In this document: positions 1 through 15,654 of the stretch, piece after piece | How the letters are laid out: every line of letters starts with the position of its first letter | Numbering within the stretch: the stretch's first letter is position 1 | Origin: the human T2T-CHM13v2.0 reference genome, Homo sapiens | Assembly: GCA_009914755.4 (NCBI GenBank) | Contig: CP068257.2 | Location: 31,200,001-31,264,000 of the forward strand | Reading direction: 5' to 3' | DNA length: 64,000 nt | Program-made: the position numbers and the translations under genes | Notes under the pieces: model-generated | The model's database searches: none | The model's input: the letters and a program-made list of their open reading frames with translations, nothing else | Told to the model about the DNA's origin: nothing

Positions 1-174
1 CTTTCCCAGGGGGTATCTTTGGACCTAATTCAGGATTTGAAATGGAGCTTTCTTTCCTTCTTCCTTTATCCACTTGCCTTGGAAAGCATCTGAATAATAG
101 GCAGTGCTGCTTTAGGTCTGAGTATGACCCAGCTAGAGGTCAGTTCAATTTACAAGATGCTCAGTTTATGTCAT

Positions 175-228
175 TGCACCATTAAAAGTAGTTGCAAAAC
201 CATAATTACTTTTGCACCAACGTAATAA
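175..228. mobile_element. MADE1-like mariner (Hsmar1-derived) MITE fragment, 5'-truncated
   Basis: gcaccattaaaagtagttgcaaaaccataattacttttgcaccaacgtaata matches the right half of the palindromic MADE1 consensus, including the terminal inverted repeat caattacttttgcaccaac. Confidence 0.55.
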
Positions 229-562
229 TTAAAAAACAAACATCCCTCTACCCCCCAACTTCCCAGAACATTTCTTTTGGTATTGCCTGTTTTCATGGAT
301 AGATATGTTTGGAGACAAATGTTCAAAAAATCATTCTAACGCCTCAGTAGGTACAGAGAAGTATTTGGTAGGTACTGAAGAGGCACTGTCAGATTGTTGT
401 ATAATCATAGTGGATCATAAAAAAATGACACTGCCAACCCCCTATGTATAAAGGGGTTGTACTTTAGAATTTTTGGATCTCAAAATACATTTTCTAATTA
501 AAATGTTTTACATGGCAGTTAGTTTTCCGAGTTAGCCCATAATATTACTTCCTATTTTATCA

Positions 563-897
<335 letters not shown>

Positions 898-899
898 TA

Positions 900-942
<43 letters not shown>

Positions 943-952
943 AATAAAATAG
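898..952. repeat. (AAAT)n microsatellite (expanded Alu tail)
   Basis: aaataaataaataaat... repeated about 12 times directly after the Alu body. Confidence 0.9.
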
Positions 953-1077
953 AAATATATTATAATCTCCCCAAATTTCATCCCCAGATACAACCATTGT
1001 CAACATTTTTGTACCAATATTTTTCTCTATGCATTACCAAAAAGTTGTCATAATTTTAAATTCTTCACAGCGACTAG

Positions 1078-1457
<380 letters not shown>

Positions 1458-4119
1458 GGCAGAGCAATTTTTACCTGTTCTCTGAAGATTTTCCAGCTCA
1501 CTCCAGGCGACATGTTTTCTCCATTTCCTGACTGCCAGGGTGCTAGGGGGCATCATCACCAGGTTTTCAAGTATGTTCTGTGTTCTACGATGGTTTCCTG
1601 TTGTTAACCCTTTCATCTTACTATTTCTTTGAGAGTAGAAGCCATGCTTTAGTAAGTGCTTAATAACACCCAATAAATATTTGTCGACTAGTCCATTAGT
1701 TGAAGTCTAGCCCCCTAAGCCTCCGTTTTTCCCCAGGAAACTGTCAGTCCCCAACTCTGTTGCTTGCCTTCACAAGCTAATATCCACACTACAGAAAAGG
1801 ACCAAAGAGGCAGGATTGGGCCCCAGATATGGATAAATCATTGTGGCCAGATATATCTCAGGACAAAAGTGGGAACTTGGTTTCTTGGTTTTGGAGAGCT
1901 CATTGGCTATAGAGTACTGCAAACATTTTTGTACTTAAGTGTCATTTTAAAGCTCAAGTTGGTTTCTCTACATGATATGGTCTTTTTCTCCCTACCTTGG
2001 GAAATTAGTGTTATTTTAAAAATGGTCTTAAAACATATTGATGCCCACTTGTTTTTCATAAGGAAATATGAAAAATGTTCAGACTTCACCAGTGGTTAAA
2101 CAACGCAAATGGTGGCAACTTATATAATTAGCCAACCTGTTTTAAAACGAAATTTTGCTATGCTGGTGAGGTCTTGGCAAAGTGCTACATCCATATGTAG
2201 CCAGTTACAATGTAAGTTGGTTCAACCCTTTGAAAAGCAGGTAGCAATTCTGATCTAAGAACCATAAAAATGTTTATTTCTTTATTTTTGATCAAATAGT
2301 CCTAGGTTCTGGAATCTATCCTAGACAAAGCATCTAAAGGGAGTTGAATGCTCTGTGTTTGAAAATGTTCACTTTAATCTTTATTTTTAGCATGGAAAAC
2401 TGGGAAACAAGCTACTAATAACTACCACTTGTCTGGCTCTGCAGTTCACAAGCAGCTGTCACATGTATCATTTCCTTTGATTTTACCGTGTCCCTGGGAA
2501 GTAGGTGCGGTTGTGACCCTTGCTTCATGGATGAAGAGACATGTTCAGAGTGGTTAAGATACACAGATCACACTGTTGGAATAAAAGCAGAACAAAGCTG
2601 AGGTTTTCTGATTCCAGGGGCTGATCGTGCAGTATGACATCCCTTTATATCTGTGTCTGGCAACAGGGTAAATGTTAACCCAGGAACGTGAGTGTAAGTA
2701 TCTAGCATTAACATAATTATTTTGAAAGCAACATAGCAATATTAAAAAATACTAGGCTGAAAAAAAGTACAAAAAAATCACATATTTGCTGTAATTATTA
2801 CATAAAATTAGATAGCCATCATACTTAAGGACTGGAAGGGAAGGGAAGAAATGAAAGTCATTGAGAGGTTTCCTTTCATTTTAGTACCACTGTGCTTATC
2901 ATTTCATATTGCTGGGAACCATCTGGCACTCTTTGGCTCTTGAATGGAATCATAATTTTCTTAGGAAAAGTTATATATATAGAAACGCATTGCACCGGGT
3001 TGCACTCGCTTTGAGAACACTAAATATAAAATTTCCTGGAATTATAGATTCACAGAGTCACAAAGGCCTATGAGGGAAGGACCAGTGCTGGTGACAGAGA
3101 GAGGCTGAGCGCAGCAGTCCCCAGCCCATGTTCTGGCTGTTTCATCTCAATGACACTTGGGAAGCGAACCTTGTGTGGAGCATGGAGGGGTGGGACCTCC
3201 TTGTGAGGCTGACAAAAGAGGGCTGGGCTTGCCAAATGAAATCAGGCCTTGGGAGGGTGGAGGAGCCTCCATTGTCCTCAGCGCCAGTGATTAAATGCCG
3301 GATTACAGAGGAAACATTCTTTCCATCCTCCCCAGCCCCCAACCTCAGCCCATCAGGCCCATTCACAAGGCTCCTTCCCCCAAATATTGGCCACGGTGCC
3401 TTCTATTTATCACCCTCACAGAGGACACTACAACCCACACAAAGGGGCTTCAGGAGGCTAATGTAAACCAGGTAATAGAAGAAATCAAGAGCTGACACCT
3501 CAAAAATGCCACAGGGGCTGTGGGGCAAAGGAAAAGACATATGGTGTGAAAAGCACCTCCCAGACGCTGCTCCGCTCTCACGCTCTGCCTGTAGTTGGCA
3601 CTCGGTTATTTTCTTGTACCTTCTACTGGCCAAGCACTCATGCCTTGCTGCACATCTAGCTAGTTTTCTCTCTTTTCCAGACGAGACATGTCATGTCGGG
3701 TAGCATCATTTGCAACAGCCTCGTCATCCAGCTGACATGGATATTTGGTTCTCCTTTGTTACTAAGGCCTTGCCTTTCCAGGAGCATCCACATAGACTCT
3801 GCCAGAATGTCATCAGACTAGGCTAGTATCTTGGGCTCAGCTTAATATTCTCTCAGCCTGACATATTGGATCACAGCAGTTAGGACAGAAATTTTGAAAG
3901 GTTGGGGAGAGAGCTGTATGGGAATAGTGCCTGGAATAAATAGATACAAACATTTTAGAACTACTGCATAGACCTAGATGTTCATCAAAGTATTCATTTG
4001 CTTTTTAAAAGGAAAATATTGTGAAGTGTCTTCCAAATAGGCAGTGAGTAAATACATGCTGCAGGTGGAATGAACGAGTGACTTAGGGAATCAGAACACA
4101 AACTGTCATGCCAGATTGC

Positions 4120-4270
4120 TTGGACTTTGTGACTTACTACCTAAGTGACCTTGAACAAGCTCAGTTTCCTTGTCTGAAAAGTGGAGATAATGGTGATGAT
4201 AATGATGATAGTACTTGCCTCACAGGATTGAAAGCATTATGTAACAAGCTCTCAGATCATCATCTGTTAC
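4120..4270 (+). mobile_element. MIR SINE fragment
   Basis: MIR core-like ...gtgaccttgaacaagctcagtttccttgtctgaaaagtggagataatg... and ctcacaggattgaaagcattatgtaac. Confidence 0.4.
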
Positions 4271-4415
4271 AGAATACATGCTGTAGGAAGTGTGAGCTAC
4301 TATTATTATTATTACTTGCTTACAGCAAATAAATCCTAGAGGTGTATTAGCAGCACCAACTTTCCTACAGAGCCAAAGAATATAGAAATGCCAGTATGGA
4401 GAGGGATAATTCTGA

Positions 4416-4722
<307 letters not shown>

Positions 4723-6260
4723 TGATTATCTCTTTATACTGTATGTCCTTAAGTACAATTCTTAAAGAAAATACTAGCACATAGAATTTAGAAGTTTATT
4801 AAAATGCAAAAATCATAGGAATGCAAGGATGGCTTGCTATTATGTTTATTATCATAATTTACTATATTAATAGGTAATGGAAGAAAAAACCCATAATTAT
4901 AGTTTTGTGACCCAAAGAGCTTTTTTTGTCAAAATTTGACAATCATTTCTTCATTTTAAAAGTTTCAATTAGGAATAGATTCTGGACACAATAAATTAAC
5001 ATGTAAACACATATGCACGTATTAGTTGAAAAACCATCATGATGCTAAATGGCAAAATGCTAAAACCATTTTTTCCATTATTAAAGACAATATTGGTCAC
5101 CATGGAAACTATTTTTTTAATACTGTTCTAGGAGTACTGGCCAGTGCAATTAGATAAGAGGAAAAAAAGCTGTAAATATGGGGAAAAATTATTTGCAGAT
5201 TACATCATTATATATCTCTAAAATCCATATAAATCAATTGAAAAGCTGTTAGAAATAATATGACTAAGTACCTGGTTATAAAGTTAGTTATACAAAAATT
5301 AATAGGCTTTTTCTGTACATAAATATAATGGGATGAATTGATCAATTTCAAGTCTGATTGGCTGGATGATTTTTTTTTCCTCTGCAAACCAGACCTTCTC
5401 TGCCTCTGAGCAGTGGTCTGTAACAGGATGAATTTCTGTTGGATCAGCTGAAGTGGTGGCTTGGGCAGTGAGGCAATTCTTCATCAAGACATACCTTTTT
5501 GTTGCTTCTAATTACCTGCTGGCAGGAACTAAAAGTGTGTCTCTTGTATGCATGCCATGTGTGTAAAATTAGAGTCTTTGAAATTGTTCAAATAAAGAGG
5601 ATTAGTTATAGTTGTAGGGAGATATAAAGACTAAGCCAAAAGAAGCAGAGTTTATCTGCCTTCACACTTCACCCATCTGTTAACCCGGCTGAGACACATT
5701 TTCTTGTAGCATTAGTATTTTATGCACTGTTTTTCTTGATATAGTAACAGATTTAATTCATTCTTTATGGTAATAGATCCCTTGTATCCATAAAGAAAGA
5801 ACATATTCCATCATTACCTTAATATCATGTCTAATACAGAGTGGCCGTACAATTGGAAAGTTATTTCTCAGACCACTAAACTTACACATAAATGTTAAAC
5901 ACTGTATATTACTTTTAAGCTTACTTTTGATCTGCTATCAAACCTAAGAAGTTGTTTTATTTTGATTAACTCTATATAATAGTTAATTTTTTTCCTCTAA
6001 AATGTGTTTTAAAGGCTGAAGCTGTATTTGACATCATTTTTAAAGCTATGTGATTTATTCTTTTTTATTCTCCACTGTCAAATATACATATTTGAAGATA
6101 TGTATGGTAATACCATTTTCAAGCACTAGCTAGTTTAAGGAGCATAGAGCATGGTAAGTGATATAAAACTTCATTCACCCATAAACCCCAAACCCCTAGT
6201 ACTGAATGCCCACATATATCATCCTTACTATCAGAGAAATTATGTTTATAACATATGCTG

Positions 6261-6478
6261 AGTTCAAGACCAGCCTGGGCAACATGGCAAAATCCCACCT
6301 CTATGAAAAAATATGAAAATCAGCCAGGTGTGGTGGCGCACCTGTAGTCCCAGCTACCTGGGGGGCTGAGATGGGAGGATAACCTGAGCCCTGGCAGGTC
6401 AAGGCTGCAGTGAGCCATGATTGTGCCACTGCATTCCAGCCTGGGTGACAGAGTGAGACCCTGTCTCAAAAAAAAACA
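6261..6478 (+). mobile_element. Alu SINE, 5'-truncated (sense)
   Basis: Starts mid-element at gagttcaagaccagcctgggcaacatggcaaaatcccacctcta, continues ...gcagtgagccatgattgtgccactgcattccagcctgggtgacagagtgagaccctgtctcaaaaaaaaa. Confidence 0.88.
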
Positions 6479-7374
6479 AAAGAGAAAAGCATTCAGCTTT
6501 TTGCTTCCTACATGTATGTCACCACATAAACAAAGGAAAGTGAGACTCAAGTTACCGTAAAAGAGTCCTTCACTGGAAGCAAATCCTCAACTGTTTTAGA
6601 AAAATGAGTTTATGATCATTATTATTTTGCTAAAAGGATTCTTTATTTCATCACAGGAACCTTCTACTAACCCCCTTTAGTCTAAAAAAGCTCTAATCTA
6701 TAAAAATTAAAAATATATAGATCAATTTGATCCTTATAGTTTATCCATCCAATAATTTTTTGGTTAATATTTGCATGGCAGATAAATCTTTACTTCCCTT
6801 ATTTCTACCTCCTGTATTGAGTGCTCAATCAACTTTTAAATAAATTATCACATGTATATATACATAATAAGATTACTTAACATTCCTATGTTGAATTTTG
6901 AATTTGTTTCATTTGTTCATTCATTCTTACATCCAACAGATATGGATTGCAAACCTACTACATGGCAAGCATAAGTGCCCCGGGGTTATGGCAGTGAACA
7001 AAATTCTTATCCTCATACAGTTTATCTTCTGATTTGGTGGATATGAGAAACTGGTGAACTTAAGCTTAAAATCAATCAGATGCTGAGTTTGTTATTAAAA
7101 AACAGAAAAGAGAGCTCAGGTTAAATACATGCACTAGCTAATCTAAATCTTTCTTGGAAGTAGACTTGGTACTAGTCTCTCAATTATCAATCATTTGGGC
7201 ATTCTGTGATGATTTTATTATATCCTTAATTGCATTGCAGAAATGGAAAAAAAATTATCTCTTCCAATTGCCGTTCCCATCTGATGAGTCCTTCATGGGA
7301 GCAACAAGCAGCTGATTTGCCATCAGCTTTGTACCAGTGTAGGGGCTATTTTGGCAACAACATATGCTTTGGTG

Positions 7375-7560
7375 TCAGAGTAACTGACCTTCGAATCTTA
7401 GCTCTTACTATGATATTGGGCTAGTTACTTGATTTCTCTGAGCCCATTCTTCCATCTGTTAAACAGGCATATTAATCCTGCTTTAAAGGAGTATAATTCA
7501 GATTAATGAAATAATCGGTGTATAGTACCTGGCAGGTCAGAGCTCCCCTACCCAAGGTCC
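7375..7560 (+). mobile_element. MIR SINE fragment
   Basis: actgaccttcgaatcttagctcttactatgatattgggctagttacttgatttctctgagcccattcttccatctgttaaacagg matches the tRNA-related and core regions of MIR. Confidence 0.5.
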
Positions 7561-8895
7561 CCATTTAGTGGCAGAGCCAGGATTAGATCCCACATCACCT
7601 CACTCTGGTGCCAGTCCTTGTCTCGTACCATGTTTACATTTAATAATCTCTGGTGATTTTACTCACATGACGAGACAATAGATTTATTCATCATTTATTA
7701 AGAAGACATTGAGTTCTTTGCTGTGCTGCCTCTTTGACCTCTCTGGGCCAAAAATGAGGGAGTTGTATGAGGCTCCAGGGTCTCTTTTAACCATGCACTT
7801 CTATGACTCTATGCAGGGTGGCCAACTGTCTTGATTTGCCTCAGACTCAGGGGTTTCCCTGGACAGGGACTTTCAGTACTAAAACTGGGAGAGTCAGAGA
7901 AAACTAGGATGGTTGTTCACCATAACTCCAGGATTCTTCCACATTTGGTTTATTCCATCAGCTTCCCTGATATACCTCTGAATACCCGAGATTGGACATA
8001 ATCCTGCAAAAGAATTCAAACATCAAGTTAGCGAACAGAGCTGCAGCCATGTGGCCTCTCCACCTCTTCATTCACTCCTTCTTCTGCCTCTGCAGTTTCC
8101 TATCTGGGTGCTGCTTTGGGAAACTGTTTTTAATCATTCATTGCTATGGTTTTAGTTTTGGTGGCTAGCCAGAGAGCAGCTGATCAGCCATGTCAGCAGA
8201 CTAAGGAACACTCACAGATATTTTCTTCTCTGCAAGGCTTGATGTCTCCGTTTACCTTGGGAAGAAAGCAGAATGTTCACAATCTCACTGCCTCTAGTCT
8301 CTCTAGTGAATGTAAAGGCAAGTTCCTTCTCCCACTCCTCCTCTGCCTCTTCATTTTTATTCTCTTTCTCATTATTATTATCATTACTACCAAAAGGCAG
8401 TCACCTCTAGGGGAACAACGACCAAATGAGAACCTCTCAGAGCACAGTGTTTTGATGCTGAGCAGAGGCTGCACACCTTGCAACCCGCTCCCTGGTGGGA
8501 AGACCGGCTCTGCCTGCCCCAGCTGAGATATCACTTAACAGTGCGGGCTCTTCAGGGGCAGGGCCAGGGCCTCCTCAACATGTTTACAAGATGTGTGGCT
8601 ATTAGCAACATCTTACAGCTCAGCTAATTAACGGGGAGAGTGCCTGATGAAGCCTGGCTCTAAAGAGGACCAAATTGCATCAGTGTTTGGGCTTTAAATT
8701 GATACCAAAAAATAACTTACCGCAGGTGTGTTTTGAATCGCATCTTCCCCCAGCAGGTTGGTTGGTTGTTATGCTTCAGCTACCGCAGATCCCAAGGTGG
8801 CCCGAACGCCAGGGTTACGAGTTTATTAAGATCATTTAAGTTGGTTACATGTAGTCATTATTTTAGCTGAGCGGTTAAGTTCGTACGTGGTCACT

Positions 8896-9588
8896 GATAT
8901 GGTTTGGACCTGCGTCCCCACCAAATCTCATGTCAAATTGTAATCCCCATTGTTGGAGGTGTGGTCTGGTGGGAGGTGATTGTTTCATGGGTGCTCATGA
9001 ATTCTCATAAATGGTTTGGCACCACCGCCATGATGCTGTCCTCAGGATAGTGAGTGAGTTCTGGTGAGATCTGGTTGTTTAAAAGTGTGTAGCACCATCT
9101 CCCTCTCTCTCTTGTTCCTACTCCAGCCATGTGATGTGCCTGCTTTCCACTGCCCACCATCATTGGAAGTTTTCTGAGGCCTCTGCAGAAGCTGAGCAGA
9201 TCTCAGCATCATGTTTCCTGGACAGCATGCAGAACTGTGAGCTAATCAAAACTCTTTTTTTTTGTTTGAGATGGAGTCTCGCTTTGTCACCTAGGCTGGA
9301 GTGCAGTGGCATGATCTCAGCTCACTGCAACCCTGCCTCCCAGGTTCAAGCGATTCCCCTACCTCAGCCTCCTGAGTAGCTGGGATTACAGGTGTCCGCC
9401 ACCACGCCTGGCTAATTTTTGTATTTTTAGTAGAGACTGGGTTTTATTATGTTGGTCAGGCTGGTCTTGAACTCTTGACCTCATGATCCACCTGCCTCCA
9501 CCTCCCAAAATGCTGGGATTACAGGCGTGAACCACCGCACCCAGCCTCAAAACTCTTCTTTGTAAATTATCCATTCTCGGGTATTTCT

Positions 9589-9600
<12 letters not shown>
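8896..9600 (+). mobile_element. MaLR LTR (MST/MLT-type), complete, interrupted by an Alu
   Basis: tgatatggtttggacctgcgtccccaccaaatctcatgtcaaattgtaatccccattgttggaggtgtggtctggtgggaggtgattgtttcatgggtgctcatgaattctcataaatgg ... ccatgtgatgtgcctgctttccactgcccaccatcattggaagttttctgaggcc ... gcagaactgtgagctaatcaaaactcttt, then the Alu, then ctttgtaaattatccattctcgggtatttc, which is the canonical LTR 3' end. Confidence 0.8.
9257..9546 (-). mobile_element. Alu SINE (antisense) inserted into the MaLR LTR
   Basis: tttttttgtttgagatggagtctcgctttgtcacctaggctggagtgcagtggcatgatc ... gggattacaggcgtgaaccaccgcacccagcc. TSD tcaaaactctt at 9246-9256 and 9547-9557, and the LTR sequence resumes after the TSD. Confidence 0.92.
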
Positions 9601-10050
<450 letters not shown>

Positions 10051-10644
10051 GCAACGCATACAAGAAACAGGCTGCGTACACTACCAAGGAAGCTGCTGTT
10101 TGCAGCCATTGCACACCTGGCCCCCGGGAGGAAAGGAATTCAGTCAGCTTAATTGGTTGCAGATTGGGTATTTCTTCATAGCAATGTGAGAAAAGACTAA
10201 TACAGTTGCCAACCCCCATGAATCCTATACCAGGAGCCACCTCGTCTTGCCACAGCTAAGGATATGATCTAAGTCTTGTCTTGGACGAGCTCACTCTCCA
10301 CTCTGTGGCACACATGTTTTCCTTTAAAATACCCCTGTTATTCAAGCAGGAATGAAATATTTCTCTCACTTTTCTGATTGAAGTCTTTCCATGCTGAATT
10401 TTCTTAATCAGACCAGTAGGTGAGTTCCATTTCTTATATAATCTTCCTTTTACTAATAATCTCTTCAGTAGATAATGACCTTAGCAACTGTTGACACAAC
10501 TTCCTCTATTTGAAGTTTTAAAAGTTTTGTTTGGTCAAGAAAAATAACTTGGAATTTTGAGGTCACTTCTGTGGCTACTCATGGATTGAATTGTCCTGGT
10601 TACCTAGTGATTTATTGCTTTTTGCCCACTGGTAGGAAGGAGGT

Positions 10645-10905
10645 TCCCAATGTTGGAGGTGTGGCCTGGTGGGAGGCGATTGGCTCATGGGTGCTCATGA
10701 ATTCTCATAAGTGGTTTAGCGCTACCCCTTCGATGTTGTCCTCAGGATAGTGAGTGAGTTCTGGTGAGACCTGGTTGTTTAAAAGTGTGTAGCCCCTTCC
10801 CCCTCTCTCTCTTGTTCCTACTCCAACCATGTGATGTGCCTGCCTTCCACCGTCCGCCATCACTGGAAGTTTTCTGAGGCCTCTGCAGAAGCCTAGACAT
10901 GGTAG
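10645..10905 (+). mobile_element. MaLR LTR (same MST-type subfamily as 8896-9600), truncated at both ends
   Basis: ccaatgttggaggtgtggcctggtgggaggcgattggctcatgggtgctcatgaattctcataagtggtttagcgctacc ... ccatgtgatgtgcctgccttccaccgtccgccatcactggaagttttctgaggcctctgcagaag is >90% identical to 8950-9225. Confidence 0.75.
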
Positions 10906-11330
10906 AACCCACGTCTGTTTTATGAAGGGTAAAATAGCACCCCTACGATACTGTATCATGCTGCCAGAGTTTAATAAATTGGGGTAAAAACCAGTATTTC
11001 CCAACTCTCAAGGGAAAAGGCTGTGTTATTTGTGAAGTATTATCAGTAGGATGATTTTACCAAGGCATCTTGGTTCATTCTCAGTGTTGAGGAGATTTCT
11101 GTATCCACTGGGAAGCTGACCAGGCATCATCTAAGATCCTTTTCGGGGTAGAGAACATGCCAGCACCAGTGGCTACTCTTGGACAGAAGGGGAAGGTTGG
11201 TAAAGGAGTCAGCTGACAAGACTTTCACTTTTATTTTTATCCCCTTCAGTTGATTTTGAAAAATGAAGGTCATGTCTTGCTGTTGAATAATAATAATAAT
11301 AATAATATCTTTTATTTAATTTTAATTTTA

Positions 11331-11756
<426 letters not shown>

Positions 11757-12373
11757 TCACATACAAACCAGAAGGTGGGAGGTGACCCATGCAGTCTCCA
11801 ACCCTGCGCCAAGGCTGGTCAAGCCCTCTTATTTTGGGGGCACTTTGAGGGGAGGGTGGGATAAGAGTTGCAGTTGCAAGAGAGGTATATGGCTCAGGTG
11901 ACCTGCTACCTATGATATGACATCATTCCTTTCATGCTGAGCTCACAGGGGCGCTGTGAGGTTTGCTATTCACTAATCACACGTTGGCTAATCCATCACA
12001 TTCATGGAGCAAAGGTCAGCCACATACATGCAAAATAGCAACCAAACATCACTCCTAATATTGCCTAATGACTTTCTCTTGAAAGTCAGACTTGGGCTGG
12101 CCTCACCTTCCAGTATCATCTAGCTGGTGCATCAAAAACTACGAGGGTTCTACCGGAGCCACCAGAGGCTGACACAGCTGCCCTTCACCAGCCCCTCTGC
12201 GAAGCTCTGTCCTCTGTCTCTCCTGAGAACATCCTCTCCCCCTCCAGCAGGTCTTTTAGCCACATGTCTTTATTCTTGCCTTGATTCTAAAACCATCCCC
12301 AGTCTGCTTTTGCCTAATAGAGAGGGAGAAAAGTCTATTGCTTTCTTTTCTTTTATTCCTACTCCCCCCGGCT

Positions 12374-12672
12374 TTTTTTGAGTCAGGATCTTGCTTTGTC
12401 ACCCAGGCTGAAGTGCAGTGAAGCAATCACAGCTCACTCACTGCAGCCTTGAACTCCTGGACATAGCCATCCTCTCATGTCAGCCTTCCAAGTAGCTAGG
12501 ACTACAGATACATGCCACTATACCCAGCTAAGTTTTTATTAAACATTTTTTATAGAGACAGGGTCTAGTCTCAAGCTGGTCTCAAGCTCACTGCAGCTTC
12601 AAACTCCTGGCCTCTAGCCATCCTTCCACCTCGGCCTCCCAAAGTTCTGGGACTATAGGCATGAGCCTCTGT
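12374..12672 (-). mobile_element. Alu SINE (antisense, diverged or older subfamily)
   Basis: ttgagtcaggatcttgctttgtcacccaggctgaagtgcagtgaagcaatcacagctcactcactgcagcc ... ctcccaaagttctgggactataggcatgagcctctgtatcccctgg. Many substitutions relative to young Alus. Confidence 0.8.
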
Positions 12673-13782
12673 ATCCCCTGGAAAGTCAATTTCTAAGAGC
12701 TCAGCATCCATCCAGGTGGAAGAGGTGAACATAGGCATCTCTCCTCTGTGATCACTGCCACTGCAATGGGAGAACAGGAAAAGATGGCAGTTGATTTCTG
12801 TCCTTTCATCATGAGTCCATCTACTCTCCTTCCCATCTCACATCCTGGACTTGCTTCCGACGACAACGTTATCAAGCCTGCAATTAAAAGCAACCACTTT
12901 TATGAGTCATTGTTTTGCGAAAGCAAATACCCTTAATATGTTGATTCAGAAGGTTTCAGGGGAGCCACCATGAGGCCACTTGTGCAATGCCAGGCTAACT
13001 ACTTTTGAAAGAGGACCATATGCTGCCTTTACAACATCCCTTTGGTGTTTAATTTGATGAAACAATGTGCCACAATCAGCTGTGAGGACAGCAGCCGTGA
13101 TTGATGGAGACTGACTCACGTGGTCTGACTCTGATTTCAATATCACCGCGCTAATCCCATTATTCGCTTGAGTTGGCTTGTTTTGGGCTACCTTAAAAAA
13201 AGTTATTTCTTTAATGGTCAAATTGCCGTGAGGTCTGGAAGATTTAATGTATCATAAAACTCATTAAATAACCAGCCTGGCAGCCCACACCACTGGGTAG
13301 TGTGCTAGCATATGGGAGATCCAAGCTGAAGACTTCAGCATTCATTTCAATGCCACCCAGCCAAAGCCTCAAGGGACAAGTCTGGAGTGTGTGTTCTAAG
13401 CCAGCATTCCTCCAACTTTCATGGACGCATGAATCATCGGAGTGCTTTACGAAAGTGCAGATTCTGATTCAGCAGTTGTGGGGCGAGGCTTGAGATTCTG
13501 CATTGCTGACAAGTTGATGTCCATTCTTCTGGTCCAAGGCCCAAACTTTGAACACTAGTGAACATTCACTAGAGGGTCTTGTGAATATCCATTGACAGCA
13601 GCTAACACTTATGAACCACATGACTGTGTTGTAAGTACTGTATGTGTGTGTTATATGTGTCTGCTTATTTAATCTTTACTTTTAACCTCATGAGGGAGAT
13701 ATTATTATCACCTCCATCTTCTAGATGAAGAATTAAATAATTGAATACCTAAGTGAATAAACTAAATAACTGAGGCCACACA

Positions 13783-14100
13783 GCTTGGTCCAGTACTTTT
13801 TGCCTTTTAGGCATGTTTATGAATCTGTGAGATCTATTTTTAGAAGTTAATTACCAAGTCTACTTTTTTTCCAGTTAAATGCCTAGGTCATGGTTATTGT
13901 TGTTCTGTTACTTATGAAGTAAAATAAGCAGAATAAAACCCAAAAAACACAAAATAACCTATTTGTTATTTTGAATCTTTTAAAATATAACATCAACAAT
14001 ACATTTTTCACATTAAAAAATCTATTGATTTGAGAAAACTGTACTTAAACCATGGCCCCAGGGTGAACGAATGGTGAGCGGGAATAAAATAAAATTCAAA
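13783..14100. repeat. Left arm of a large inverted duplication (partner at 14600-15232)
   Basis: ttggtccagtactttttgccttttaggcatgtttatgaatctgtgagatctatttttagaagttaattac ... aataacctatttgttattttgaatcttttaaaatataacatcaacaatacatttttcacattaaaaaatctattgatttgagaaaactgtacttaaaccatggccccagggtgaacgaatggtgagcggg is present as a reverse complement at 14600-15232 (~90% identical). Confidence 0.85.
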
Positions 14101-14599
14101 ACCATGTCCCCTGACTGCACAGCCTCTTTGTTTTTTGTTTTTGTTTTTTTCCAACCTCATCATTACACTCCTTTCACATAGGACTCAGTGCCCTGGCCCC
14201 ATTTTTAGTTAGAGAACGGTGGCTCTTGTATAGATCTGCCATGGGCTTGTACTGGGTAAAACGATGAAATTTGTCTTGGGGGCTTTAGACGTCTCTTTCT
14301 GGATCCCTTTCTCTAAAAGATAATATTTACCACAGCAGGATGCCGCTAATACTGAATCAAAGCAATATGTAGCCAAGCCATGAGCAGCTAATATCCTAAC
14401 CTGAGCCCTGCCTGGAAGTGGCAGCCGTGTTAGCCTCTCTGGTGCTTTATGTTGAATGGGTGCTCGGGGTGAAGGGACTCTGGCAGCCTTCCCAGAAAGG
14501 GAGATGGCAAAAGAGAAAACAAACACCTTCTAGAGGTTTCTGGGGAACTTAGGGAATCCTAGAAAACCTGTGTAAGGTAATGCAAGTACGTTTCTCCTC

Positions 14600-15232
<633 letters not shown>

Positions 15233-15654
15233 AAACTCAGTGAACCCACACAAATGCCCCATTTTGTACAGATAAAATAAGAGTTACGTGTCAAAAGATA
15301 AACCAGGTTACGGCATTACAACCTTTCCTTTAGAAGGAATGTGCTGAAGGGGAAGAACATTACTAGACTGGTGATCAGGAGGCCTGAGATTTAACCCCAT
15401 GTTAATTTGAACCTCAGCTTCCTCATCTGTAAGATAAGGGAGACTGACATCCAGACCTGACGTTAGATGAATTAAGCCTCACTGGGGGATGCAACACCAA
15501 CCTGAGGTTTACTGATCGGGTAGCTCATTCAGCCACAGCCATCACCCTCTGTTTTCCACTGGGCTTTTAGATACATCATAAAACACTAGGATTTTTCTGC
15601 TTCAGCCAGTTGCAATTGCTCAGAAACCTCATAAGAATATATATTCCTTTTTTA

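Noticed and set aside
6880-7040. Possible additional old interspersed repeat (ttcattcattcttacatccaacagatatggattgcaaacctactacatggcaagcataagtgcc...gcagtgaacaaaattcttatcctcatacag).
   Set aside because: It resembles a common cattcattca...tactatgtgccaggcact...gtgaacaaaa motif seen in old SINE/MER-type repeats. I cannot assign a family or boundaries with confidence, so it is not listed as a feature.
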